The notes under the pieces were generated by a model, which did not search any database, was not told where the DNA came from, and worked only from the letters and a program-made list of their open reading frames with translations. From Phoronis australis (taxonomy: Eukaryota > Animalia > Phoronida), in contig NMRA01000029.1 in the NCBI GenBank assembly GCA_002633005.1, forward strand, positions 291,707 to 355,706: a stretch of 64,000 nucleotides of DNA, in the 5' to 3' direction. The translations under genes were made by a program, and so were the position numbers. How positions within the stretch are numbered: the stretch's first letter is position 1; every line of letters starts with the position of its first letter. This document shows positions 28,001 through 43,000 of the stretch, in pieces.

Positions 28001-31000
28001 AATTGTTCCTGCTTCCTTTTCGCGTAAATTGTCCATTTGCCAAATTATTTCCGAGCAGATTTACGAAATGTCATTGATTTTCACAAGTTCATTGGCCATT
28101 CTAGGTGAGCTGACTCGTGGACAAGTGGGTCTCTCCACCTGGTGGCTGTGTTTATCATAGGCAAATGCCCAGGAAAAAATTGTCAATGTTGTAAACCGAT
28201 CTATTCTTTCTTGATGTCTTGCTATCTTGAGCAGTCATAAAACATGAAACTGTGTGGAATGTTTCAACTTAGTATGTTGTTCTTGTAGGAGTCAAGTGAC
28301 AAAACAATTTCTTACAACCAATGGGAATGTTTGAATGTCACTTTTTTACCCCTGCTTCATATCCAATGAAAAGCTGTATTTATCAACAACTGATAGCGTT
28401 CACTAGCCCTCATAACACTGTCAAAGTGAGTACGTGATGGGCACATTTCCAAATTGCATTCCTTTACTTCCTGGTTTAAGGCATGGGAATGCGACTTTTT
28501 GCAAGTAAAATTAAAACAAGTGCAATTCAAAAATTATAATTCTATCTGGTGTTCAATCTCAAAAATGCTGTACTTCCTGAACCATTTATACCAAACCCCC
28601 ACTGTAAAAAACAATGACCATGTGAAGACTCCAAAATGCATTTCTTCCTGGTTTCAAGCATCCGTGGATTTTCCACGAGGGTAACTCCATGTTAAGTCAG
28701 AAACACATTGCTCGTATTACAGGGTGACTACCACCATATGGGATATAATGTTAACCGAGCTCCTATAATCCATTCATTTTTTCAAATTTGATTGACTTAA
28801 ACTTCATTTTGTGAATGATCTTTCAGTAGTTTTAACTACACTAGTCAGAGTACACTGAATTTGTTGGGTTTTTTTGAGGGGGCTACCCTGTAGTTATGGT
28901 GTAAAACAGTAAACATTGAAGCTGTAAAATTTTAACCAGTGTGTCATATTGTAGAGTTGCAGGTAAACAACAGAACACAAAAGGTGTCCTTGTTTTTCAA
29001 AAGGAGACGATCTTCTTTGCAAGCAAAGATAGTGAGAAAAATCAAATCCAAGTGTCCTGCCTTAGAGAAGCACGGTCATGGATGTGTCACCAACAAGAGG
29101 CTGCGAATTTTGCTTACTGAAATATCAAATTCTTTACTTATTTCCCACAAAAATAATTGCAAAACTGTCATTTGTCTATTTTAAAGATTGGTTACCATTA
29201 ATACAAACTTTGCCAAATGTTACCTTACGACATCTATACTGTACAGCAGACTAAATTTCTTGTAATTTTTATTCTGCTGATAAAAATTTCACTTGTAAGC
29301 CATATTGTGTATTATACAGTTGAATAATTTCATGACTCTCAAAGCGAATATATTATCTGTTTACAAAAATAGTGTTGAAACAGGGTTTAGTCAGAGTTTC
29401 TTATCAGTAATTTTTATTGACAAATTTGACAACACGATTTTGCCCTGAACAGAGAATCCTATAACACTAACAGATGGGAGTTGCTAAGATTAAAAAATAA
29501 ACTACAGTAAATGACTTTTATCAGTCATGGTGTTGTGTCTGGATTTTGACTAACTCAGAGGCACACCCTCATACCAGCTTATACCAGCCCAGGGCTTAGA
29601 ATCCAGATTATTCAGCAGATCACTTAAAGGAACAAGTGGTCTTAAACCAACTACCAATAGCCTACATGAACAAACAATGCCATTTGCTGTGCAAAGCAAA
29701 ATTCAGAAGATAATCAAATTATTGCTGTGGCGTGTGGAGAGAACAAAACAGACAATGAAGTCTACAGGAGTCAGATCCTGTTCGATCTAATTATGGTCAG
29801 CTGATGAAGAGAATTGAATTAATAAATTGACGACCATCTTTTGTCTAAATGGCGTCAAAACTCAATTTCATGACGTCCTAGGGAATTGATTACCCTTCTA
29901 TTGGTGCCTTTATTATCAGAGCCTGGCATCAATCAAGCCAAGTGCTTTTATGGTTATGTTATGTAGGAACTTAATGACAAGTCTGCCTAATTACCCAAAT
30001 ATCTACATTACTAGAAATTTTAACTCATTGCATCTATGTTTTATGAAAGTTGAAAGTCTGAAGAATTTAGTTTTGACTTTTCACCAATATGCCATTAATT
30101 GGGTTAGTGAAAAAAATCGTATATTGTTAGCAAAACAACAGCATCCATACATGATCAAATTTTAATTGATAAAAAGTTCAGGATGCGACCTCAAAAGAAC
30201 AGATACAGTTTTCTAAAATATTTTGCTTTATGCAGCTTTTCATTTTTATAAAAGTTCTGTTTTTTGACAACTCGCATGCAAAATTGGAACACTCTAAAAC
30301 AAATCCTAACAAAAGTTTGGAGAACAATCCCTAAATCCTGACAACTGAAAGTTTCAAATAAATCCGATAAGCCGTGTATGAGATATGATGTTTACCAAAT
30401 TTGAACATTATTCAAGGGTTCTACATAACTTTAAGAGGATTTTCACCTAACAAGCTCCATAGTACAGTAGTTCAAATTCGCACTCAGCCCTTTTAGGCAG
30501 GTCAGATTTCACCCAACTTACAAAACCTCTGGGTCAGTTGGATCCAACTTATGCAAGTTTTAATGTAGTAGCAAAATTAAGCATTATAAATTCCAATGAG
30601 AAAAGCGCCTCGGCTTCAAAGGCCAATGGTTTAAACAAAATCAATAAAATAAAGCCAAGTGTATAAAAAGTGACCCGAATAACATGATAAAAACTTGGTG
30701 GAAATTTAATGTCATCATATTTCCTTTTGAGGTTTTCTAAACAACAACAAAACCCGTTTGAGTTTTGTCATCCACAAATTGTTAAAGCATTGTGTAGTCA
30801 GCTTTATTGGGGGGTAGCAAGTGTAACAAATGACCATCTAAGTGTTCATAACAACTGCTTGACCGCACTGACCAGCTAAGTGGACTACTGACCGCCAAAG
30901 GATTTCGTTGGCCAGGAATGTTGTGTATGAGCCAATAAGCACTAAGTGACACAGGTGATGTTACTAGTGTACTGTGTTTACCGAATGGTATAATCATTAC

Positions 31001-34000
31001 AGGAATACTAATACTCCGCAAGGTGCCAATTGCTCATAAATCACGCCAGTTGCATAACGAAGGACAGCTTTCGGAAACAAATGATGACTGCTTTTAATTT
31101 AAAAATAATCGCATTTTCATAGAATACCATGCGTTTGCTATGGTCAATATATCATTGCTGACACTGGTATGTGCAAAGACCAACAAACCGGACAGATAAC
31201 CAGCTAACATGGTTATGACCAAAGCAATTTATACTAGACTGATCAAAAGGTGGTTAATTACCCGCGATTTTCGTCACAGCCCACGCAAATGTACTAGAAC
31301 AGAATGAATCCTGAAGGAACGAAAACTGGCTAATGACTTCGGATACCTATTCTGTTTTTCTTTACGTTTCTATTCAGTAAATACAATGCCATGTATAAAT
31401 AGAAAACCTTAGTTAACAATGCATTTCACTTAAGTGTCAATATTGAATTCTCAAGTAAAGTGCTTCTGGGGATAAAAAATTATGGATGCGATAGCGGTTT
31501 CCATACCAAAACATGATCATGTTGAATATTGTGAATTCTTGCATTAGAAGGATGTTTGGCAAACCAATTGTTACATAAGATTATAACATTGTAGTGATTC
31601 ATTGCACAGCAGGAGTGGGACGAGTACCCTACTGACGCACTGCATTGTGGGTAAAGGCAGCAATTCAGAGACGCCGATGATTGTATTTTGGGAAGTGGCT
31701 AACAAATTTGTGGCAAAAAGGCTTGTCATAGCTTTCAGTGGAGAACGAGGAAGTTTACTGACAAGAATTGTAAGTAAACTTACTATGCTCACAACAAGTT
31801 TATTCACAAGATATCACATACATCCAAACAGGCGTTCTAGTAACAACAGTTTCCTTGCTCTTCAATGGATGTTTGAAGACAAGGTAAAGCTTTATACTTT
31901 TTCCATTCAATGAACGACAGGTGTTCACAAGTGGCACTTCTGTTAAACTGCAGAAACATGAACTTCAAGTGACTTGATGATAGATCCATCAAAGATTTAC
32001 TAAAATATGTTTCCTAGAAGTAATTGGTGAACGGTTTTCACGGAGTTGTCCATTTCTTCAATTTCCTTCCTTCTTCCCTCGTGGAACGCATTTATTAATG
32101 TAATACTTACAATGAGGGTCGCGGCAACGATATACGATCACATGAGACTCGCAAAACGTGTTCTTTGTTATTGTAGCATAGCCAACGTGCTCTCAAGAGA
32201 CGCATGCAAATAAATAAAAGAAAGCATATCTTATGAAGAATGACACTGATCGTTTTGATTCATAAACACTCATAAATGGCAGGAAAACAATTATCAGTTA
32301 GCCTCAAACCCACCACTCAATATTCGTTTGAGAGTATGAATGAACTGCGCTGTCTAATATCTTAGCGATAACTTTGATATCACTCTCTAGCCTGAAAGGT
32401 AAGCGGAGTTTCGACGAATATTCAATTCCGCTAATCGGAAAGCACCGTTATTGTTTACAGAAAGAATTAGCTGTCATGACGGAAAGACAATATTTTATCT
32501 GATTACTTTTGTCTTGCACTGTACTTTTGCCACGACAGAGCCTTACGAAAATAACGACTTCAGCACTTTCTAGCGTGAACAGATCGGACAAAGGACCAGT
32601 GGGGTGTCCCAGGGGTCCAGATCCCACCCCGCTACTCGGCCACTTCTGCATTGTCTGTCTATTGTTAACCCCCTCTGGTCACAATCTTAGATCCATCCAT
32701 CCCTGCATTTTTTGTTTTTACAGGGTGTCTATCTTTCATGTTGTCATCAGGTTTGCAGACTATGTGGTGATTCTGTTTACATGGACCTGTGGCAAGACAG
32801 GTCAAGGTGGTAACATTCTCAGAGAAAAAACGTTTTATTGTGCTACATAAGATGAAGGAACTTGCATTAAGGGCTTGATGAGATTGCGTAGTAAGACACC
32901 CCACTTGTCATTGTTCAGGTTAACATGAGAGACTACACCCCACACAAAAGCAAACAAACACCCAAAAACCAGCAAGGAGATACACATGTTTACTTCAAGA
33001 GAGAAAATTCAGTGGAAATAGCACAAGTGCTTATGGAACTTATCAGCATTGGTCAGTGACTAGTCTACAGCTCAAATATTTGCATACGATAAGAGCGATA
33101 AGAGCGATAAGAACGGCTAGGTTAGCTTGAACATGGCCTAGAGAATAAGTGATTACCAGAATAACTGTGTAGCAGTTGGTAAACACATGTTAATTTTGCT
33201 CTGACTCTGGCTTTGGAGAATGCGGACATTTCAGAACTAGAGGACACACGAGTCACTAAGCAAACACTGGCACATGGAGCACTGAATCACAAATCAATGT
33301 TATCAAAAGCTCATTAGAGGTCTACAAGAAACATTATTTGTATACATGCATAAATCTACTGCAAGGACACATACAATTTCATCCATTAATCAATCTTATG
33401 TAAGTGCTTAAAGGCACTTATCTAGAAAAGATTTATTTGAAGATAATCAATCTGAATATTCCTGCGATGAACCTGCAATAATAACCAAAAATTTTTAACA
33501 AAAATATATAATTCCAAAAATATTCTACTACAGTTCCAAGTATACCAAGTGAAACATATGGTCAGAACCACAGTAACACCACAGAAGTTACTTTAAAGAA
33601 AAAAGTTTCTTCAAATTTGAATGAAAGTAGCACCTGAAATTAACATTTTTCATTTTTTTCAAACGCAGACCACACAGTCAAAATGTCACTATCTCCTGCT
33701 TAATGAATGACAGAATCTGTTCCTATTCATTTTTGTTGAAACAAAGTAGAATTTCATCATTGTGACCTATTGTAATGTAAACTGAAAAGGCTTTACAGTA
33801 TGGTAAATCAAGACCAGTAGGAGAAAACCAGCACTGTATATTCGTAAATGATCAACAACTAGCCATTACCTCAACACATTTAGGATTGAGACCTGGTGCC
33901 TAGACAATATCTCCTTGAGTATGCAGTAGACAATAGGCCTATTAATCTGACGTTGATTTTTATTAGTGCAATGTTTCACATGTGTGTGTAAAACGTCTCT

Positions 34001-37000
34001 TTATCGAGTAACTGTATCCCATGACTTGGGTAACAGCTTGCGAAAATAATAACAACAAATGGCAATTGTTGTCACAGAGAATGAGGGTGTGCCCCAGTCG
34101 CAAGTCGTGACTACGATAAAAAAACATAAACATGACATTATCCACTGCACTTCCGAGAACAATTGGCAGTAAGAAAGAATTCACATGCAACTCTTTCGCG
34201 TTGTGAAAGCACAAGAGCATCATTCGCTTGAACCAAGTTTTAATTCTGGCCTGGAAGATGGGTCGAGTTGATAGGGGCAAAACGCAAGTTCTTTCATTCA
34301 CGGACATTTTCGAGGAAATCGTTTTAATACCAACAGCACAACAGCGGCGACTAAAGGGCAAAGTCATGGCAGAGAATCCATAAAAATGTTGGAAAATACT
34401 CCACTGCGTTAGATCAACACAAGAGCATACAACGTTGTATGCCGTATCGTCACCTACTGAAGGGGGAATTACATCGTATCGCCGCTTCATCCGCAATTCA
34501 ACAACCAGTGAAATCTTAACGGATATAAACAAAGCACAGCACTTTTCAAAAGCCTCTCCAAAATCAAACAGACATTCGATTATTTATGTATGTACATGTA
34601 TATTCGTTTTTGTTAGTCATCATTTTTTTCTAGTCACAATTTTGATAAGGCCTTGATGAAGAGTATACAGTCGAATCATAACAATGCATCCATCAAAAAC
34701 TGGCACATGGCCAAACAAAAAAATGTCGCAGAAATGGAATGGACACCACCATGTGATGTTTTTTAGTGCTACCGTTCTAATCCTTTCTGAAGAAAACGAA
34801 AAAGCAAAACTTCACTAGGTCACCATACATTGACATTAATTTGTGAGATTTAACAACACAAATAACATTAAGATGAAGTGAGCTTGATAAAAATTAAAGT
34901 TAAATTTCCATATTGTTTACTAATCTCGTACTACTCCACTAATTTCCCACAGAAATGATTGCCAAAATTGTCAAATTTCCCATTTTCAAACATCTGCTCA
35001 CTTTACTGCCAATACCAGCAACGGAAAATTTTCCAAAAGTTGTTTTATGACATCTACACAGTACGAACCATGCTGGAAATAGAATAAAATTTTTAAAAAC
35101 TTTTAATCTGTGGAGAAATTTGACGAATTAAAATTTCACTTGTTGGCCATTTTGTGTGTTAAATAAGTGAAGAATTATGGTAACACTCGGAATGAGCTGA
35201 CCTACAACGCCTACTATGCAAACTCCCCATTTCTCCCCAACTACAAAAATCCTTCTTTTCAGCACCGCCCATTCACTTAAGATATCTACCTGAATGACAG
35301 CAAGGTAGAGCCCATACTGACACAGTTTCATGGGAAATTTTCTTATCATTAAGCAAATAAAAAATTCCCACACTCCTAGTTTCTTGGAAACTGGACAAAG
35401 ATTTTCCAGAAAGAAATTCATCTTCAAGTCATGAAACTGGTGATTATCTTTAATGCAAAACTATCAAGACGAAAAATTGGAACAACTTCACAAATGAAAA
35501 CAAGGAAAAATTATACAGCTGTCATGGAAACAACACACTAATAACAAATTAAACCCACACGACAAAACTTCCTTGTTCCAATACATTAAAATGTTAAAAG
35601 GTGTGGTTCATTCCCTCTCCTGGATCAGGAAATGAAAACATCTGAAACTGACGACAGAAACTAGAACAGATACAAAATGCAAAACAAATATAGATTATCT
35701 TCTCGCCAGACTCGAAACCACTATGCTAACACACAAAGACACAAACAGTGATGGTCAGAACGGTGTAACCTTTCACCATTGTAGTGTAGGCTGAATTTTA
35801 GCTTATAATATCGTAATTGCTTACAAGCCAATGAATATTACAAATTAATGAAAAATTTGATACTCTATCGTCAATACATATGGTAATTCATCACCTGTTT
35901 AGCACACAAGGTGGCGGACAAGTGAAATTTCATTTTGTCAAATTTCTTACCGAAACTAAAGGCTAAGAAAATTCTAGTCAGTTGCTAGCTTGTTTGTACC
36001 ATGTAAATGTCTTAAAACAAACATTTTATTAAGTTTTCATCGTCTGCAGCAAGGTAATCAGTCTTTGAAACTGACAAACGACACTTCTGACAATTGTTTT
36101 AATTTAAGTAACTACACAAATTACCACAGTTTTAGATACGAGACTAAAATTAAGCTGCAGATTCGGTACATAAAAATAACAATTCCTTTCACTAAACAAA
36201 TTGTTAGATCACTTGTAGTAGTCGTTTTTCATATGTATTTAATAGATGCTGGACCCAATACAATGCAGCACAGGTGCCAGAGGCTGAGAGTCAAATTCAA
36301 CCAGATCAGGTGGTCTGAGGCGATTCAGAGGCTTGTTATCGCATTCTGCACTGGTTATCAAACCGACCTTTTTCAATGAACTTCAGGTATGACCTTTAGA
36401 ACAGCCACACGTCCCTGATTAAAATGTTTTCACATTCCCACCTTAGGTTGGAAATTAGGACGTCATATACTACATGACGTCATGAGCAGTTTTTAATGAG
36501 TTTACACCAACTCACCAACTCACCAACCAGGGGGTGCCTGGAAACATCAGGCATTCCTCAGGTATCTTAATTAGTTCCGACAATGAAGCAGCTTACTAGA
36601 AATTACCAAAAGCATTTTGTCCGGTAAACAACCATTTGTCACTGACATTACATAAGGCGTTGGTTTGTTTTTGTAGACATGAGTCATCAAATCTAGAAGT
36701 CACAAGCAAACTTCAAAACATTTGGTAAATGTCATTGTTTAGGTACTTGCCAAAGTTGATAGTCTATGAAAGGCTTGGAAATATTACATCATTGTTTAAC
36801 TGGTGTGTTTGCTATATATATGTGTTTGAAAAAGCAAATTTCCTATCATATGCTTATTACAAAAAAATACTTGGAAAATAATCCTCCAAAATGAACTGGA
36901 AAAGTTTGTATAATGTATTTTCACTGAAAATCATCAAAAGAAATCAAAGCTGTTAATACCGTATCTATTTATTTTCATGACTGTTTAATTCTTAACCATG

Positions 37001-40000
37001 GCGCCACATGCTGGAAGCTCATTAAAATTCATACGAAAAAGCATAATTGGTTCTGATATTTTGTTTTGGAAAATTGAGTAGGTGTGGCATCTTTAATAGG
37101 TCACTTCTTCAACAAAGAAAATTCACCCCAGACGAGCAAAAACCACGTGGGATTTTTTAATTCATCGCTAGGCAAATTATGCGTATCAAACTTTCCTTAA
37201 GTGCCTTTGTGCAGTTTTTCAAAAAAAAAACACGATACATTGGGTGAAATTGATGACATGTGGCATTTTCAGTCCGTGAGCGCAGGTCTCAAAATGAGTT
37301 GGGGTATAGACCAGAAACAATTCTTTAGTCGTTTAGCCTTACATAAACAATAACCTGAACAATCATACATCAAACTTCACTTGCCAATATCACTGTAGCC
37401 CAATTTATAAAACCAACAAGATCATTTTTGCAGGTACATAACAAACGTTTATTTCTCTCACTGTTTACCACAGATTTCTAAATTTCTGGGAAAAGGCTGA
37501 AATTCCAACTCTTCAATGATGCGTATCCCTGTTCTTAAATGACTTTTTGATAATAAACAATGTTTTTGTCACAGTGGTTACATAACACTCCACTCAATAT
37601 ATTTCACTATTAACAACCAATTTGCCCCCTTGGTTGTCTGTTGTCTGAACAAATGCCGGTTTGTCAATGATGTGTAACTGAATTCCAGGGAAACAACTTT
37701 GTTGACAAGTAAAAGGTTTTTTGTTACATAACAATACCCCCCAAGTCAACTACCAACCTAAATGTTGTTTCAGGAATTTTAGGCATACATACTCAGGTGA
37801 TAAAATTGTTTGAGCCACAAAAGCTTATTGTTAGAACAAAAAATTATTATGACATAAAGTAGAGACATAGTGGTAAGATAATAATTGGGGTACACATACC
37901 CATCAGCTCCCATCCCTAAGAAGGCCCTTTCATACTAACGTCGGCGTGTCGATGTTTTGACGAGTTGCCATCAGTATGAACAATTAACCTCGGTCCTGAA
38001 TGGAAGTTAACAGCACCAGTTAACTTCACAGTAAACAGGTGGATTGAACAGCAGTGCAGTAAGAATGGTCAACTTCGGTCCCATCGAAGTTATCTCCAGG
38101 TTCCACTGTTATTCTCAATAATTAAAAGGCAATATCGTCACTAATTGTTGCTTAAATTTTGCTCGAATAATCACCAATTGAATTAGAAATAAGTTATATA
38201 TGAATTAGAACATGTAAATGTTCCCAAATTGTCCTATTAAAAAATCTTAGCATGCCGCGATGCATCAGCGCTACCTTGCGATTACTTCGATGACAACAGC
38301 GTCACCTAAGTTTACTTCGATGTTCATTAACTATCGAAGCCAGTATGAACGGTTCAGTTAACTTCGTAGTTAATATCGACGCTCTGCTCTGACTGGAGTT
38401 AAGTCAGTATAAAAAGGCCCATAGGAGCAAAACTGGCAAAGGCATGGTTATTTACCCTTTAGGTTGTGCTGAATTTTAAACACTGAACTACACATATTGG
38501 TAATAATGGTGCAAGCTTAAGACACGCGACATGTGTTTTGACTATTCCACTGTTGGCAGAACCATTTGGCATGAGAAACTGCATGCAAGTAGGATCACCT
38601 GTGAAAGACAGGTTAGTTCATCAACAGGTGAATTACACCTGCAAGACACAGGTATGACAAGTACCTATTAAAGTCAGAGGGGCATCTGGCAATATAATAA
38701 AGATCTGATAACACAAATATAAAAGATGCCCACATGCTCTGTATACTTCCTGTGGATATAGGGGTGAATATTATCTGAAGCAGTTCCCCACTCTTTGTTA
38801 TCCTAGATGTGACTGAGAAATCATATTTAAAATGGGAGCCTTTTAACATGAGAGCCATTCAACATTGCTAGCCATCTGGAACACTGCAGAAAAAGAACGA
38901 TTTACACTTGAAGAAGCAATGGAAACGATAGTTTTATCTTGAAGCTGCACCTCATTTTATGCACAGAACTCTACAATTCAATTTTTTTTCTACACAAAAA
39001 AGCAAACTTCTATCCCACGCATGCTGATGAAAAGTAGGCGAAAAAATATCTGCTTTCAACAAAAGTACATTCTATTCGTTCCCACTACATGGTGAACATC
39101 ACATTTCCTGTTATCATAACAAAATCTCACCAATTTCAAACAAAAATAATTCTTGCCAAATGCACTTATTTCCATTTTTCAAGAGGTTCTTAGGTTGCTA
39201 CCAATGTACACAGTTTTTAACAAAATGTTGTCTAAAGATAGCTTTGATACAGGGCTTGAAAATGATATTGGCAGTATTTTCAGAATGAGTGTTGAAAACT
39301 TTCCAATGTTGTGAAGCCATCCAGCTTTTTGACCTACTGTGGGCAGCATATTATAGGGCTGGGGAGGCTACAGCCCTCCCTCATACTTATTTTAGCGCTG
39401 CGCCGCCCATGTCTACAATATATAGGGGGAAATTCTTCAGTTTTGAACATATCATGGTCGAACGGTGAAATTTCATGTTATCAAATTTCTTATCAAAAGC
39501 AACTTTTCAACGAAATTAACTTTTAATTTCAGCATGGTGTGTATGGAGTTGCAATAATCAAGCGACATTTGGTAAACTTTTGAGCACTTGCAACAATCTG
39601 GTAAGCCTCTGAAAAATAGAAATATGGCAATTTAAGCAATAATTTTGTCCCAAATTGAGGAAGTTTTACTGTAATTATGATTCAGTCATCAGTCTAGTCT
39701 TAAAACGAAAGTAAAATTTGCAAATTTTTCAATAGGAATATCCATGAAATATTCTGATCCATAATCAATTTTAGAAACAATATGTCTTTTCATAATCCTG
39801 TAAAATATTTTAACCCTCCATCCTTTGCTAGGCAACAGTGTTGTGTAGTTCCCAGAACAATACGATGAGTAATGCATGGTATTTATAACATCCTACAACA
39901 GGTGAATAAGAAAGTGGGCGGATGTCAAACAAATTAACTGACAGCTCACTTGACTCCTGACACGACCTTCAACCTTTCTACACCCACACAGAACATTTCA

Positions 40001-43000
40001 CCTGTGTTGATAAGAATGTCACTTTTCCTGTATGTCTATAATGCTTGTTTTTGAAGGGAGGCACATTCATTAGTACATATTATTCATTAGAAAGCTTAGA
40101 TTCCAACTAACAACTGATAACACAAGACACGTTTGGTTTTGTTTTGTTTCATTTCAAAAACAATACGGAACTATGATCAATAGCCGAAGGATTTCCAGTA
40201 ACACTTGAAGATTCCTACAAACAACTGATAACACAAGACAGATTTCATTTAAAATTGTTTTACTTCAAAGAGAAACTGTGCAAACTACTGGAAGGGTTAC
40301 CTATGATACAAATTAATTATGAGCAAAATTGAAATAAAAAGCTAGAATAATTAATAGTTGATCAGTGGAAATGCTTAATATCTGGTTAAAAATTTGTTTT
40401 AAACAGACCTTGGATTTAACACTCAAACGATGTAGCATCGTGACAACGAAAATGCTTAATTTTGACATCAACAAAATTATAGGTAGATGTCAATGTCAAC
40501 AACAGCACCTGTTGCATTACTATTTGCAAATTATTCCTCTTCAAATATTCGCCATTTCAGTTGATATCTGAACATGTACCTCACTCTTCATATTTAAAGA
40601 ATTACACATACCTAAAACTTTTGACTATAAATTTGCAGCATTGTCTTTCCATTACTTTGTTGTTCCTGGCTTCAGAAAGTAATAATTTTATTTTCTGATT
40701 GAATTAAGAACCATTACCAATGGGGAAAATCCTAAGCGCACTAATTTGGATGCCCCTCATGCATAAGTGGAACATCTTAAAAACAATTCCAAACAGCACA
40801 GAGAACAGTGCATACAACATAGTAAATGAGAATTTTATATCAACATGGTCAACCATTTTTAAGATATGACTTATCGAAACAAGCCAAATTTGGACATTTT
40901 TCTGGGGTCCTACATCAGCCTGAGCTCCATGGGTAACGGCCTCAGGATGGACAACCAATTCAACCCAAAACCAGCCATAAAAAATAATTTTGATAAATCT
41001 TGTCACAGCCATAGCCATGTTAAAAGGCCTCCTGCAATGCTAACAGACACTTCTCCAGTGGCACAGCCGGCATTCCTGAGCCTGGATTCCTGAATGAATT
41101 GTATTTCCAGTTTTGCGGTAAGTTCAAAATGGCGGTGTGTTCTTCCAGTCCGATTCGTGAGTGTCGCGTTTATTTAAATTTTCTTCGATTACGGATTGTA
41201 TATTAGTTATGGGGTAGGTACCTCATGATTCCTTATAACATCTAACCATGAAATAAGGGTTAAAAACGTGTGCTACTGGGACTTTAAAGTCAGCATGACA
41301 ACCGCTGACAGCCCCATAGGAGTTGCATAGGAGTAACCTAGACATTCCAGACTGGCCAGGTGATTGAGTCTTCAATTAGACAGTCAGCACACCTGAGCTA
41401 ATGGCAGGTGTAGCCAGTTTATGATTGGTCAAATGGAGTTTACTAACTGTGTCAATCTAAGCCTCAAGGCAAGCTCACGCTGAGAACAGATGCTTGTGAG
41501 AAAAGGATATGAAAACTGAACATGGCAAACTCAGCCTTAAATGTATTGTTATGTGTGTAACATATTTCAATTTTTCCTTTTCCACATGAAAGATTTTCAC
41601 GAAGTGAAGGATATTACTGAAAACTTTCACAGTTTTGATGACAAAAAAATCATCATTTCAAGAACAATAGACCTTTTCAAAGGTGTCTGGTATTTTCATT
41701 AATTGAAAAATATGAACATAAAAAACACTGAATTGATTTGCGAGTCTGGACTACGGAAATAGACTAGATTTAAAACAATATGAACAGATATAAGAAGAAG
41801 GATGGAATTGTGGGATCAATTAGTTGTATATGTGGTTATGAATCTAGAAAGTTCAATGGAACAATTATACAGTTACTATATTAAATGTTCGACGACATCA
41901 TCAGGCTACTGGCATATGACTGGCCAATTAGAAGAGAAGTCGTTGACCCAGTTATGAAATGTCCTCCGGGAAGTTCAAATGTTACGGAGGATGTATGAAT
42001 CATTTTCGTTTTATAAATACAGTCCCCAGATATAATTATGGGTACATTATGTCAAAAGAGGTTCTCAACTTTCCATCTGTTTCCAAAAAAAGAACAAGAA
42101 AGCAAAGTAAACCCATGAACGTTTACTTTATGATAAAGGGTGCTCGACATGAAACACATATCTTAGAATTGGTTCTGAACTCGACCAGTTTGCATTAACA
42201 ATATAATTTTTTGACTAATAACCAATTTTTGAATTTGATATTGAAAACATACTGTCCGAAATTTGAGAAATTCTAGCAGACTGTCCCAAACTGGATTATT
42301 TTTATCGCAATATCACTTGTTTTTACTTTAAACCAATTTCTAAATGTGCGAAAGTAGCATCTGTTGTACAGTCTCAATGACAATCCTAATTAATCCTTTT
42401 CCACCTTCAATTCAAGTTACGTACCATGGCCCCCATCTAACAATATTTCCAAAAATTGTAGGCATTCATAACAATTTTAAAAACTTACGTTTGTTCAAAA
42501 TTAGTGAGATATGACCGCATGCACCTTCAAAACACATCGGTTATGCCAACTGACCACTCCTACCATTAGACTATACTATGTGGAACTGGTTTTGGGAAGT
42601 TGATGTAGATTACTGAGAGACACTGAGACCAGAAATAAAGAAGTGATCTCATAATTCGCTTTTGTCATTACCTTTTACTGCAGGCTGTTAAAGTGGCTAC
42701 AAACTCGTGTGCCTTTTGGGTATGCAAAAATTGACACTTCATTATTTCTTGAGACCATGCTTGACGCATGAAATGACACGATATGGCAAGCCCTGATAAT
42801 ACAATAAAAAAATGACACTCTATGACAAGCCCTGATAATACAGTTGAGACCAATTTCATAACAATTAGGGGTCCACATCAAAAATTGTTTCTCGTGATGG
42901 AAGGTACACTTACAGCTGTACCTTAGTCAGTATACAATACAGCCACAGTGGCTGTACTGTACAATAATTCTCTGGATTAGGGAAGAACCCAGTTTGTTAT

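Noticed and set aside
33963-34532. 189-aa ORF on the minus strand
   Set aside because: No recognisable domain or splice support; more likely the antisense of a decayed repeat.
39020-39060. CTGATGA...CGAAA hammerhead-like core
   Set aside because: No stem II pairing and no stem I complement after the putative cleavage site.
41020-41290. Kolobok-like element ending GGGACT|TTAA (similar single ends at ~5630, 24320, 33410, 37090)
   Set aside because: Only one terminus is convincing in each case, so boundaries cannot be supported.
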